A stretch of 64,000 nt of DNA from an uncultured Chloroflexia bacterium (GTDB lineage: Bacteria > Chloroflexota > Limnocylindria > Limnocylindrales > CSP1-4), in NCBI GenBank assembly GCA_963828965.1, contig CAWHGL010000002.1, positions 386,714 through 450,713 on the forward strand, read 5' to 3'. The first letter of the stretch is position 1. Each line of letters opens with the position of its first letter. This document shows, one piece after another, positions 29,785 to 39,041 of the stretch. Position numbers and translations under genes: made by a program. The notes below the pieces were generated by a model. It was not told the DNA's origin and searched no databases. It saw only the letters and a program-made list of their open reading frames with translations.

Positions 29785-29880
29785 ATGGCGCGCCTGCGCA
29801 GACCCCTCATCGCCCTTGCGATCGCCTACCTGCCCACGATCGCCCTCATCGTCGACTACGGGCGCCGCTGGAACCCGTGA
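29785..29880 (+). CDS. small hydrophobic peptide, 31 aa (MARLRRPLIALAIAYLPTIALIVDYGRRWNP)
   Basis: Not in the ORF track. GGAGG 7 nt upstream of the ATG. 28 of 31 codons end in G/C. Its C-terminus GRRWNP matches that of the peptide at 41743-41844. Confidence 0.5.
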   Translation: MARLRRPLIALAIAYLPTIALIVDYGRRWNP

Positions 29881-29901
29881 CCCGGGCCGCCCAGATCGTG
29901 G

Positions 29902-30696
29902 CTAGCCGCGGGCCCCGGCGACGCCGGAACTCAACCGGGTCGCCACGTAGACCGGGACGACGGACAGCACGATCGCCACGACGCCGGCCACGTTCACGAG
30001 CGGGACCTGGTTCGCCAGACGGAAGCTCTGGAAGATCCAGATCGGCAGCGTCTTGACCCCGCCGGCCGTGAAGATCGTGACGATCACCTCGTCGAACGAC
30101 AGCGCGAAGGCCAGCAGGGCTCCGGCGAGGAGCGCCGATCGCAGGGCCGGGAACATCACGTACCGGAACGTCTGGAACGAGTCGGCGCCGAGATCGGCCG
30201 AGGCCTCGTCGAGCGAGCCCGACAGGCGGCGCAATCGCGCGACGGCGTTGTTGAAGACGAGGACGACGCAGAACGTCGCGTGGCCGATGACGATGGTCAG
30301 GAACCCGAGCTGGATGCCGATCGACGCGAACGTCGCCGATAGCGCCATGCCGGTCACGATGCCCGGCAGGGCGAGCGGCAGCAGCACGATGAACGCGATG
30401 GACTCGCGACCGAACCAGTCGTAGCGGGCCACCGCGAGCGAGATCAGGGAGCCGAGTAGCAAGGCGACGATCGTGGCGGTGAACGCGCACGCCAACGACG
30501 TGAGGAAGGCCGACTGCAGGCCGGTGTTGTGGAGCGCCTCCTCGAACCAGTGGAAGGTGAACCCGGACGGTGGCCAGGCGGAGGTGCCGTTGGCATTGAA
30601 CGCATAGATGACGACGAGCGTCAGCGGGACATAGATGAACGCGAGCACGACCCCGGTCGCGAGGCGCAGCCCGATCCGGCTCAGCGACGACGACAT
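29902..30696 (-). CDS. potC: polyamine-type ABC importer permease (PotC-like)
   Basis: 264 aa with the EAA-loop region LDEASADLGADSFQTFRYVMFP. Its ATG overlaps the potB-like stop. Confidence 0.8.
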   Translation of the reverse strand: MSSSLSRIGLRLATGVVLAFIYVPLTLVVIYAFNANGTSAWPPSGFTFHWFEEALHNTGLQSAFLTSLACAFTATIVALLLGSLISLAVARYDWFGRESIAFIVLLPLALPGIVTGMALSATFASIGIQLGFLTIVIGHATFCVVLVFNNAVARLRRLSGSLDEASADLGADSFQTFRYVMFPALRSALLAGALLAFALSFDEVIVTIFTAGGVKTLPIWIFQSFRLANQVPLVNVAGVVAIVLSVVPVYVATRLSSGVAGARG

Positions 30697-31604
30697 CAGA
30701 GCGCCTCGAACGCGCCGATGCGCCGGACCAGCCACAGGTACGCGAGCATGATCCCGAGCGGGACCAGGGCGTAGGCCGCGGCGAGCGGCAGGTTCTGCGC
30801 GACGTTGATGAAGATCACGTTGCCGATGAACTGGGTCGTCGAGACGAGTCCCGGCACGATGTAATCGCCGAGGGTCAGCGAGAACGTGAAGATCGAGCCG
30901 GCGGCGACCGCCGGGATCGAGAGCGGCAGGATGACCCGCCGGAACGTCATCCAGCCGCGCCCGCCGAGGTCCGACGACGCCTCCAGCAGCGACTGCGGGA
31001 TGCGCTCGAGCCCGGCGAAGATCGGCAGGATCATGTACGGCAGCCACAGGTAGGTGAAGGTCAGCCAGACCGCCACGTCACCGAACCCCGGGCCCTTGAG
31101 GCCGAGGGGCGCGAGCAGCCAGTCCAGCACGCCGTTGTCGCTGAGGATCAGCCGCCACGAGTAGGCCTTGATGAGGTAGCTCGCCCACAGCGGCATGACG
31201 ACGGCGACCACGATCGCGCCCCGCACCCGGGGTCCCGCGACGCGGGCCATGTAGTACGCGATCGGGTAGGCGAGAAGGATGCAGGTCGCGGTCACGAGGA
31301 TCGCCATCCCGACCGTCCGGATGGCGACCGTCCGATAGACCTCGGTGCCGAACAGCTCCGCGAAGTTGTCGAGCGTGAATTCGCGGACGACGAGCGACGT
31401 GAACGGGTCGCGCTGCCAGAACGCGTTGAGGAACAGGACCCCGAGCGATCCCAGGTACATGATCAGCAGCCACGCCAGGGGCAGGCCGAGGATCAGGAAC
31501 AGGCGGGTCCGAGGGTGGCGATGCAGCCACGTGGCCAACCGCCGTCGACGCGACGTCGGCGGTCGGGCGAGCGGCGTGATCCTGGGGTCGGGGATGGCGG
31601 TCAT
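30696..31604 (-). CDS. potB: polyamine-type ABC importer permease (PotB-like)
   Basis: 302 aa, with LLEASSDLGGRGWMTFRRVILP. Confidence 0.8.
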   Translation of the reverse strand: MTAIPDPRITPLARPPTSRRRRLATWLHRHPRTRLFLILGLPLAWLLIMYLGSLGVLFLNAFWQRDPFTSLVVREFTLDNFAELFGTEVYRTVAIRTVGMAILVTATCILLAYPIAYYMARVAGPRVRGAIVVAVVMPLWASYLIKAYSWRLILSDNGVLDWLLAPLGLKGPGFGDVAVWLTFTYLWLPYMILPIFAGLERIPQSLLEASSDLGGRGWMTFRRVILPLSIPAVAAGSIFTFSLTLGDYIVPGLVSTTQFIGNVIFINVAQNLPLAAAYALVPLGIMLAYLWLVRRIGAFEAL

Positions 31605-31615
31605 GGGCTGGCCAT

Positions 31616-31662
31616 CGACGACGAGCGGACCCCGGGGTGACCGGCGTCCGCTCGTCGCGTCG
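31616..31662 (-). promoter_or_regulatory. intercistronic stem-loop between the binding-protein and permease genes
   Basis: 11-bp perfect stem GACGAGCGGAC / GTCCGCTCGTC with extra flanking pairs, inside the 78-nt potD-potB gap. Confidence 0.45.
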
Positions 31663-31682
31663 ATCTCATGGCGCGGGCTGGA

Positions 31683-32855
31683 TCAGCCCTTGATCTCGGT
31701 CCAGGCCTTGATCCAATCGTCGAAACCCTTGCACTTGACGTCCGTGCGTCCGTCGACGCATTCGGCCGTCGGAGTCCGCCAATACCACACGTCCTTCCAG
31801 AAGGCGTCGTCGTCGGCGTGGAAGATCGTGCAGTGGTTCGGGTCGACGGTGAGGGCGCAGGACTTCGAGTTGCCCGGCGCCTCGCCGAAGTACTCGGCGA
31901 TCGCGGCGTTCGTCTCGGGCGAGACGAGGTGGTCGATGAACGCGTACGAGCAGGCCAGGTTCTTGGTCTTGGAGTTGACCATCCAGGTGTCCGACCAACC
32001 CGTCGCCCCTTCGGGCGGCTTGATGACCTCGACCGGGACGGCCGGGTCCTCGGCCTGGAGCAGGTTCGTGATGATCTGCCAGGTCGTGCCGACGTTGGAC
32101 GTGCCGGACCGGAAGTCGTCCATCTGCTTGAGATAGTCGGTCCAGTACTGGGTGACGGCCGGCTTCTGCTGCTTCAGCAGGTCGACGGCGGCCGCGAACT
32201 GGGTGTCGTCGAGGGCGTACGGATCCTTGATGCCGAGCTCGGGCTTGGTCTTCATGAGGACGACCGCCGCGTCGGCGATGTAGATCGGGGCGTCGTAGAT
32301 GCTCGTCTTGTAGCCGTTGGCCGGATCGAACATCTGGGCCCAGGTCGTCGGCGCCGGTGTGGCCTGGTCGGTCCGCCACATCAGCAGGTTGGAACCGCGG
32401 CCGTGGGGGATGCCGTAGGGGACACCGTCGACCGTGTTGTACGGCTTGTTCTTGAGGGCCTCGAAGATGTCCGGGTAGTTCTTGATCAAGGCGGTGTTCA
32501 TCGGCTGGACGAAGCCCCCGCGGACGAGGCGCAGGCTCGCGTCACCCGACGCCGAGATGACGTCGAACTGCTCGGGGTTGGTCGAGAACTGGGTGTACGC
32601 CTCGTCGGACGTCCCGAAGATCTGCGGCACGACGGTGCAGCCAGACTCCTTCTCGAAGTCGCTGACCCAGTCGTAGTCCGGGCTGGTCGACCCGTCCTCC
32701 ACATAGCCCGGCCAGGCCAGCACGTTGATGGTCTGGCCCTGGGTCGACCCGAGCTCGGTCGGCAGGCTCGGGGCCGGCGATCCGCCACTCCCCGAACAGG
32801 CGGCCACGAGCAGGACCGCTCCCGTGAGCAATCCCGCGAACCTTCGACGATCCAT
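31683..32855 (-). CDS. potD: spermidine/putrescine-type ABC substrate-binding lipoprotein (PotD-like)
   Basis: Lipobox LLVAAC, 390 aa, PotD/PotF-like sequence. Its ATG overlaps the potA stop. Confidence 0.8.
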   Translation of the reverse strand: MDRRRFAGLLTGAVLLVAACSGSGGSPAPSLPTELGSTQGQTINVLAWPGYVEDGSTSPDYDWVSDFEKESGCTVVPQIFGTSDEAYTQFSTNPEQFDVISASGDASLRLVRGGFVQPMNTALIKNYPDIFEALKNKPYNTVDGVPYGIPHGRGSNLLMWRTDQATPAPTTWAQMFDPANGYKTSIYDAPIYIADAAVVLMKTKPELGIKDPYALDDTQFAAAVDLLKQQKPAVTQYWTDYLKQMDDFRSGTSNVGTTWQIITNLLQAEDPAVPVEVIKPPEGATGWSDTWMVNSKTKNLACSYAFIDHLVSPETNAAIAEYFGEAPGNSKSCALTVDPNHCTIFHADDDAFWKDVWYWRTPTAECVDGRTDVKCKGFDDWIKAWTEIKG

Positions 32856-34207
32856 CAGGCTCCCTCCTCCATCCGTTCCCCATCGGCGATGGGCAACACG
32901 TGCTGTCGCTTCCAGATCAGGCGGACAGCCTTGCCATGCTGGGCCAGGGCCTCCATCGAGGAGGTGGCCAGGTTCTGCCGGGTGACGACGAGCTGGGCCC
33001 CCGCGTCCAGGCTCACGATGTAGCGGGTATCCGGTCCGAGGTAGACGACGCTCTCGATGTGGCCGTCCGCGACCTGCTCGTCCGGGCCGGGGGTCGTCCC
33101 CGGCTCCGCCAGCTGGATCTTCTCGGGCCGGATCGTGAAGGTCCCGTCCTCGCCGAGGATCTGTCGGGCGACGTCGCCGCGCAGCAGGTTCGACGTCCCC
33201 ACGAAGCCCGCCACGAACGTCGTCGCAGGCCGCTCGTAGACCTCGGCGGGCGAGCCGATCTGCTCGATCCGGCCCCGGTTGAAGACGGCCAGGCGGTCGC
33301 TCATCGTGAGCGCCTCCTCCTGGTCGTGGGTCACATAGATGAACGTGATGCCGACCTGCTGCTGGATGGCCTTGAGCTCGATCTGCATCTCCTCGCGCAG
33401 CTTGAGGTCGAGGGCGCCCAGCGGCTCGTCGAGGAGCAGGACCCGTGGCCGGTTCACGAGCGCCCGGGCGAGGGCCACGCGCTGGCGCTGGCCACCCGAC
33501 AGCTGGGCCGGCTTGCGCCCGTCATAGCCCTCCAGGCGGACCATCCGGAGCGCATCGGCGACGCGCGCGTCGCGCTCGGCCTTGGGGACCTTGCGGACCA
33601 TCAGGCCGTAGGCCACGTTCTGACCCACGGTCATGTGCGGGAACAGCGCGTAGTCCTGGAAGACGGTGTTGACGTCGCGCTCGAAGGGCGGCGCATTCGT
33701 CACGTCCTGGCCATGGAGCAGGACCCGCCCGCGGGTGGGCAGCTCGAAGCCCGCGATCATCCGCAGCATCGTCGTCTTGCCCGAGCCGGACGGGCCGAGC
33801 ATCGAGAAGAACTCGCCGTCCCGGATCTCGAGGTCGATGGCGTCGACCGCGACGACGGACGAGGCGCCCTCCTGTCCGACCGCCTTGGCGACGCGCCGTC
33901 CCTGGGCGTCGTCACCGAAGATCTTGGTCACGCCCTCGAGGCGGACGGCCGGCGGGGCCGTGTCCGTCCGACCGGCGGGGGCAGGTCCGGCCTCGGCCGG
34001 TCGATCCGGCGGAGGGGCACCCGGGTCGACAGGGTCGCGGGTCTCGAGCGAAGGCGCCAAACGGTCCTCGTGAGGGCGGTCGGTCGCGACTGGCCGATCG
34101 TGGTCGCGAGTGACGGGGTGCGCGAACGATGCGACGGGTCTCCGGGGCGTGTCAAGGCACGACGGGCGCCGTTGCGGTCGGCGCGCCATAGACTTCGCCG
34201 GATGCAT
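32855..34207 (-). CDS. potA: polyamine-type ABC importer ATP-binding protein (PotA-like) with an N-terminal Pro/Arg-rich extension
   Basis: [35 protein letters not shown] and a C-terminal TOBE-like domain. Start uncertain (ATG 34207 or 34189). Confidence 0.85.
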   Translation of the reverse strand: MHPAKSMARRPQRRPSCLDTPRRPVASFAHPVTRDHDRPVATDRPHEDRLAPSLETRDPVDPGAPPPDRPAEAGPAPAGRTDTAPPAVRLEGVTKIFGDDAQGRRVAKAVGQEGASSVVAVDAIDLEIRDGEFFSMLGPSGSGKTTMLRMIAGFELPTRGRVLLHGQDVTNAPPFERDVNTVFQDYALFPHMTVGQNVAYGLMVRKVPKAERDARVADALRMVRLEGYDGRKPAQLSGGQRQRVALARALVNRPRVLLLDEPLGALDLKLREEMQIELKAIQQQVGITFIYVTHDQEEALTMSDRLAVFNRGRIEQIGSPAEVYERPATTFVAGFVGTSNLLRGDVARQILGEDGTFTIRPEKIQLAEPGTTPGPDEQVADGHIESVVYLGPDTRYIVSLDAGAQLVVTRQNLATSSMEALAQHGKAVRLIWKRQHVLPIADGERMEEGA

Positions 34208-34228
34208 TCGCCCCGACCCGTCCGGCCC

Positions 34229-34743
34229 ATGCTCCTGGCCGCCGTCGTCCTGATCGCCGCCGGCTGTGCCGCGGCCGTCGCCCAGGGCCGAGCGGACCCG
34301 TCGTGCCCGGCTCATCGGCGAGCCCGCGCGAGGTCAACCTCATCACCAAGGACTACACGTTCCTGCCCGACGCGCTCGTCCTCGTGCCCGGCGAAACGGT
34401 GCTCCTGCACGTCATCAACGGCGGTCTCGAGGTCCACGAGGCGATCATCGGCAACGTGGCGGTCCAGGACGCCTGGGAGGTCGCCGAGGGGGCGACCGTC
34501 GGCGCGCCGCCGGGCCCGACGCCCCTCGTGAGCGTGCCACCCGACGTCGCCGGGCTGCGCATCGTCGTCCACTCGGGCGAGCGGGTCGACGTGGTCTGGC
34601 CCGTGCCCGTGACCGATGAGCCGTTCATCGTCGGCTGCCACATACCGGGGCATTGGGACAAGGGGATGCAGATCCCCGTCACCTGGCACGATCCGACGAC
34701 CGCTCCGGCGAGCACAGCCCCGGCCTCGGGCACCGCCTCGTGA
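34229..34743 (+). pseudogene. cupredoxin (type-1 copper) lipoprotein; one frame break near 34285
   Basis: Lipobox [13 protein letters not shown] in one frame, and the mature domain in ORF 34303-34743 (HEAII...GCHIPGHWDKGM). Restoring one G in the run at about 34285 joins them through a [13 protein letters not shown] linker. Confidence 0.7.
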
Positions 34744-34834
34744 GGGCTCGCGGTGGTACGCTCTCGTCCCGCGCCCGAGCGCGTCTCGTCACGACCCCTC
34801 ACGCCTGCCGCCTTACCTCCAGGAGGAGCTCGAA

Positions 34835-35122
34835 ATGGCCTACGTGATCGCTGAGCCGTGCATCGACGTGCTCGACGTTTCATGCGTCTCGGTCTGCCCG
34901 GTGGACTGCATCCATTTCGACGAAGGCACCGATCGCAAGCTGTTCATCGACCCGAACGAATGCATCGACTGCGGCGCGTGCGAGCCCGAGTGCCCGGTCA
35001 ACGCGATCTTCCCCGAGGAGTCCCTGCCGACGGAGTGGGCCAACTACACCGCGATCGACGCGACCTGGTTCACGGACAAGGCCGCGGCCCGAGCCGCCGT
35101 CGACGAGCTCAAGCCCGCCTGA
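34835..35122 (+). CDS. fdxA: 7Fe ferredoxin ([3Fe-4S][4Fe-4S], actinobacterial FdxA type)
   Basis: MAYVIAEPCIDVLDVSCVSVCPVDC...CIDCGACEPECP; AGGAGG SD. Confidence 0.88.
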   Translation: MAYVIAEPCIDVLDVSCVSVCPVDCIHFDEGTDRKLFIDPNECIDCGACEPECPVNAIFPEESLPTEWANYTAIDATWFTDKAAARAAVDELKPA

Positions 35123-35187
35123 GGCCCGCCTTCGACCCGCGGGCACCGGGTCGGTCAGGCTGACCGCCGGACTGGACACCGCCCGCG

Positions 35188-36120
35188 ATGCGCATCGTCT
35201 CGCTCCTCCCCTCCGCCACCGAGATCGTCTGCGCCATCGGGCTCGAAGATGAGCTCGTGGCGGTCACCCATGAATGCGACTGGCCCCCGTCGGTCGTGGG
35301 CAAGCCGGTGGTCACGGCCAACGTCTTCGACGACACCGAGGTCGGCTCGCGGACGATCCATGACCGGGTCACCGAGGCCATGCACGGCGGCTCGGCCATC
35401 TATCGCCTCGACGAGGAGGCGCTCGCCGCGGCCCAGCCCGATCTGATCCTGACCCAGGAGCTCTGCCACGTCTGCGCGGTGAGCTACCAGGAGGTCAACG
35501 AGGTCGTCCGGCGCATCGATGCCGACGTGACCGTCGTGTCGCTCGAGCCGACCTCGATCGAGGGCATCCTCAACACCATCTCGACCGTCGGAGCGATGAC
35601 CGAGACCGAGGACGCCGCGATGGACGTGGTGGCCTCCCTGCGCGAGCGGCTCAGCCGCATCGAGACCCGCGTGGCGGAGCGTCGCGAAGCCGGCCATCGG
35701 GCGCCGCGGGTCGTCGGCGTCGAGTGGCTCGATCCGCCGTTCGCCGTCGGGCACTGGGTGCCGGAGCAGATCCGTCGGGCGGGTGGCTGGGACCTGCTCG
35801 GCATCGATGGCGGGAAGGCGGTCGAGACCACCTGGGACGCGATCATCGAGGTGAGCCCGGAGATGGTCTTCCTCATGCCCTGCGGCTACCACCTCGCCCA
35901 GACCCAGGCCGAGTGGCGGCGCACGAAGCTGCCGCCCTGGATCGCCGACATCCCGGCCGTGTCGCGCGGCTCGATCTTCGCGCTCGACGGCTCGTCGTAC
36001 TTCAGCCGGCCCGGGCCACGGGTCATCGACGGCGTCGAGATGCTGGCCGAGATCATGGATCCCGCCGGGTTCATGGACATCGCCCCGCCCGACGGCTGGA
36101 CGCCCGTCGACCTGCCGTAG
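35188..36120 (+). CDS. BtuF/TroA-fold (ABC periplasmic-binding-protein-like) protein without a signal peptide
   Basis: MRIVSLLPSATEIVCAIGLEDELVAVTHECDWP and PDLILTQELCHVC are typical of the cobalamin/siderophore-binding fold. No transporter partners are adjacent. Confidence 0.7.
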   Translation: MRIVSLLPSATEIVCAIGLEDELVAVTHECDWPPSVVGKPVVTANVFDDTEVGSRTIHDRVTEAMHGGSAIYRLDEEALAAAQPDLILTQELCHVCAVSYQEVNEVVRRIDADVTVVSLEPTSIEGILNTISTVGAMTETEDAAMDVVASLRERLSRIETRVAERREAGHRAPRVVGVEWLDPPFAVGHWVPEQIRRAGGWDLLGIDGGKAVETTWDAIIEVSPEMVFLMPCGYHLAQTQAEWRRTKLPPWIADIPAVSRGSIFALDGSSYFSRPGPRVIDGVEMLAEIMDPAGFMDIAPPDGWTPVDLP

Positions 36121-36124
36121 GCCT

Positions 36125-37057
36125 GTGCCGTTCCGCGCGTCGTTCGATTGCCTTTGGTGCGGCGCGAGCCATGCCTGCCGCGGCCCCGACGACCTCGAGG
36201 GCTGGGCCCAGCTCTGCCCCGATTGCGTGGGCAAGGCCGGCGACAACGGCTTCCTGCGATACCGGCTGCGGCAGGCGCTGAGCGAGCGGAGCCAGAGCAG
36301 CTCGAGCGTGGCGGTGGCCGCGCCCGCCGCGCCGGCGGTCCTCGCGCCCGATGACCTGGATCGGTCGATGGTCGCGTACTACGAGGCGCGCGCGGCCGAG
36401 TACGACGACTGGTACCTGCGCCGTGGACGCTACGAACGCGGAGCGATCCATGACGCCGCCTGGGCCGCCGAGCTCGACATGGCCGGTCGCTGGCTGGATG
36501 CCCTGCCGATCGCGGGCGAGATCGTCGAGCTCGCCGCAGGCACCGGCTGGTGGTCGCCCCTGCTCGCGGTCAAGGGCGAGCTGTCGATGTACGACGCGAG
36601 CGCCGCGCCGCTCGAGCACGCCCGCGAGCGCCTCGTCGCGCACCGGCTGCGTGCCCACCTGCACGTGCGCGACGCCTGGGCCGAGCCTGACCGGGCGGTG
36701 GACGCGGTCTTCGCGGGCTTCTGGCTGAGCCACGTCCCGCGCGAGCGCCTCGCCGCGTTCCTCGCCCTCGTCCGTCGCTGGCTGAAGCCCGGCGGGCGCG
36801 TGGCCTTCATCGATTCGCTGCCGGACCCGGCGTCGGGCGCGACCGACCATCCGACCCCCGCCGACGACCTGGCCGTGCGGCGCCTCGACGACGGCCGGTC
36901 GTTCACGATCGTCAAGGTCTTCTATAGCCCCGACGAGTTGACCGCCGCTTTCGCGGCCGCCGGCTTCGATGCCGTCGAGGTCGGCACGAGCGGCCGGTTC
37001 TTCCTCCTGGCGACCGGTGTCGCCGCTGACGTGCCCGGGGCTCGGGACACGGACTGA
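36125..37057 (+). CDS. class I SAM-dependent methyltransferase with an N-terminal CxxC...CxxC zinc-ribbon-like module
   Basis: FDCLWCGASH...LCPDCVGK, then motif I VELAAGTGWW and GGRVAFID. GTG start 5 nt after the upstream stop. Confidence 0.7.
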   Translation: MPFRASFDCLWCGASHACRGPDDLEGWAQLCPDCVGKAGDNGFLRYRLRQALSERSQSSSSVAVAAPAAPAVLAPDDLDRSMVAYYEARAAEYDDWYLRRGRYERGAIHDAAWAAELDMAGRWLDALPIAGEIVELAAGTGWWSPLLAVKGELSMYDASAAPLEHARERLVAHRLRAHLHVRDAWAEPDRAVDAVFAGFWLSHVPRERLAAFLALVRRWLKPGGRVAFIDSLPDPASGATDHPTPADDLAVRRLDDGRSFTIVKVFYSPDELTAAFAAAGFDAVEVGTSGRFFLLATGVAADVPGARDTD

Positions 37058-37088
37058 GTCGGACGGGCGCGTCGCTATACTCCGCGCG

Positions 37089-37983
37089 ATGTCCCCCCTT
37101 GCGAACGCGACCATCGCGACCGTCGGCTCCGGGGTCATGGCCGAGGCCATGATCGCGGGCATGCTCCGTGGCGCCCTCGTGGAGCCCGGTCAGGTCGTGG
37201 CCAGTCACCCGCGACCAGAGCGTCGCGAGGCGCTCGAGCGCGAGTACGGCATCCGGACCGTGGGCGGCAACATCGAGGCCGTCCAGGACGCGGACGTCAT
37301 CCTTCTGGGCATCAAGCCCCAGATGCTCTGGCGGGTCGGCCGCGAGATCGGGCCGCACCTTCGTCGCGGCCAGCTCGTCCTGTCCGTGCTCGCCGGGGCG
37401 ACGACCGACGGCGCTCACCGGGATCCTCGGCCACGACCAGGTCGTGCGCAGCATGCCGAACACCCCGGCGCGGCTCGGCAAGGGCATGACCGTCTGGTAT
37501 GCCACGCCCGAGACGACCGAAGAGCAGCGCGCCCAGGCGGCGGCGCTGCTCGGCGCGCTCGGCGTCCAGCTCGAAGTCGACGACGAGAAGATGGTCGCGA
37601 TGGCGACCGCGGTGAGCGGCACCGGCCCGACCTACGTCTTCCTCGTCATGGAGGCCCTCATCGACGCGGCCGTCCATCTTGGCTTCCCGCGCCACATCGC
37701 CCACGACCTCGTCATCGAGACGCTCGAGGGCTCGACGCTCTTCGCCAAGCAGTCCGGCATGCACCCGGCCGAGCTGCGCAACATGGTCACCTCGCCGGGC
37801 GGCACCTCGGCCGCGGCCCTCCACGAGCTCGAGAGCGGCCGGCTGCGGACCGTACTGAGCGAGGCGGTCTGGGCCGCGTTCCGTCGGACCGTCGAGCTCG
37901 GCGACCAGCTCGAGGCGACCGTTGACGGTGCGCCCAAGGCGGACAAGCCCACGCGGCCGCCCGAGCGCGGCGCGGCCCGTTGA
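37089..37983 (+). pseudogene. proC: pyrroline-5-carboxylate reductase; one frame break near 37398
   Basis: IATVGSGVMAEAMIAG...ILLGIKPQ is in ORF 36969-. VRSMPNTPARLGKGMT...SGTGPTYVFLVMEAL...VTSPGGTSAAAL is in ORF 37168-37983. Confidence 0.9.
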
Positions 37984-39041
37984 CCCCGGCCACGGCTGCC
38001 ACCCGCGCGACGGACCTGCGGCGGATGCCGCTTGCCGACCTGCGTGGCGTCGACCTGCGCGCCCCAGCGCGCGACCTGTGGATCGACGAGGCCGCCCTGT
38101 GGGACCGGCTGCTCGCCTCGTGGGCCGGGCTGGACGACGCGGCATGGCGCCTGCCGGGCGCCGCGCCCTCGGATGCCGGCGGACCGGACTGGTCGCTCGC
38201 CGAGCACGTCGGGCACCTCGCCGACTGGCAGGAGCTGGCCATCGACTACGTGGCCGTCGCCCATGCGACCGGGCGCTGGCCGAGCGACGACGACTTCGAC
38301 GGTGGCGACTTCGACCGCTTCAACGAGCGCCACCGTGCGCCCTGGACCACGATGCCGGCGGAGGACATCGTCGACCGCCTTCGGTCCGCCCGTCCGCGCC
38401 TGCTGGCCGCCAGTCACGCGTTCCCGGACGCGGTCCTGCGCGGCGACGAGGCCTGGGGCTGGGTGTACATGACCCTGCACGGCCACTACCTCGATCACCT
38501 CGCCGTGATCGAGCCGTGGGCCGATTCGCTGCGCCGGCGCCAGATCGACGGTGACCCGTTCGTCGACGACCCGCGGGCCGTCGATCACGCGGACTTCCGC
38601 GAGCAGGACGCTCGCGTGGCGCGCCAGTTCGATGCCCTGGTGCGGGCCGTGCCGCTGGACCGCTGGGATGCGCCCGAGCTGACCCCCGGCTGGACGCTCC
38701 GCGATCACGTCGGCCACCTCGCCGACTGGGCCGCGGAGGGTGTCCGTGCGATCGACGTCTTCCACCGACGCGGTCACTGGCTGGCCGATCCCGACGAGGG
38801 CATCGACCCGTGGAACGAGCGCCATGTCGCGGCGGCGCGTGACGAGGCGGCTGCCCAGACGCTAGCCCGCTATGACACGAGCCGGACCGAGCTCGAGGCG
38901 GCGATCGCGACCCTGACGGTCGACGACCTGCGCTCGCCGGACGGCTGGTCGTGGGCGTACGACTGCCTTCACGGCCACACGCGAAAGCACCTCGCCATGC
39001 TCGGGCCGTGGTGCGCCACGACCGACTGGCCGGCACCATGA
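37980..39041 (+). CDS. tandem DinB_2 / MDMPI-N-like (mycothiol-dependent-isomerase-type) four-helix-bundle protein
   Basis: Two repeats each carry W[ST]L.[ED]HVGHLADW ... NERH ... LHGH...HL. Start uncertain (TTG 37980 or ATG 38025). Confidence 0.7.
   Translation: MTPATAATRATDLRRMPLADLRGVDLRAPARDLWIDEAALWDRLLASWAGLDDAAWRLPGAAPSDAGGPDWSLAEHVGHLADWQELAIDYVAVAHATGRWPSDDDFDGGDFDRFNERHRAPWTTMPAEDIVDRLRSARPRLLAASHAFPDAVLRGDEAWGWVYMTLHGHYLDHLAVIEPWADSLRRRQIDGDPFVDDPRAVDHADFREQDARVARQFDALVRAVPLDRWDAPELTPGWTLRDHVGHLADWAAEGVRAIDVFHRRGHWLADPDEGIDPWNERHVAAARDEAAAQTLARYDTSRTELEAAIATLTVDDLRSPDGWSWAYDCLHGHTRKHLAMLGPWCATTDWPAP

Noticed and set aside
34187-34194. CATAGACT upstream of the cupredoxin lipoprotein, resembling the ECF -10 CATAG.
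   Set aside because: There is no GAACG-type -35 at the conserved offset. It fits the TAGACT housekeeping-type -10 seen elsewhere better.
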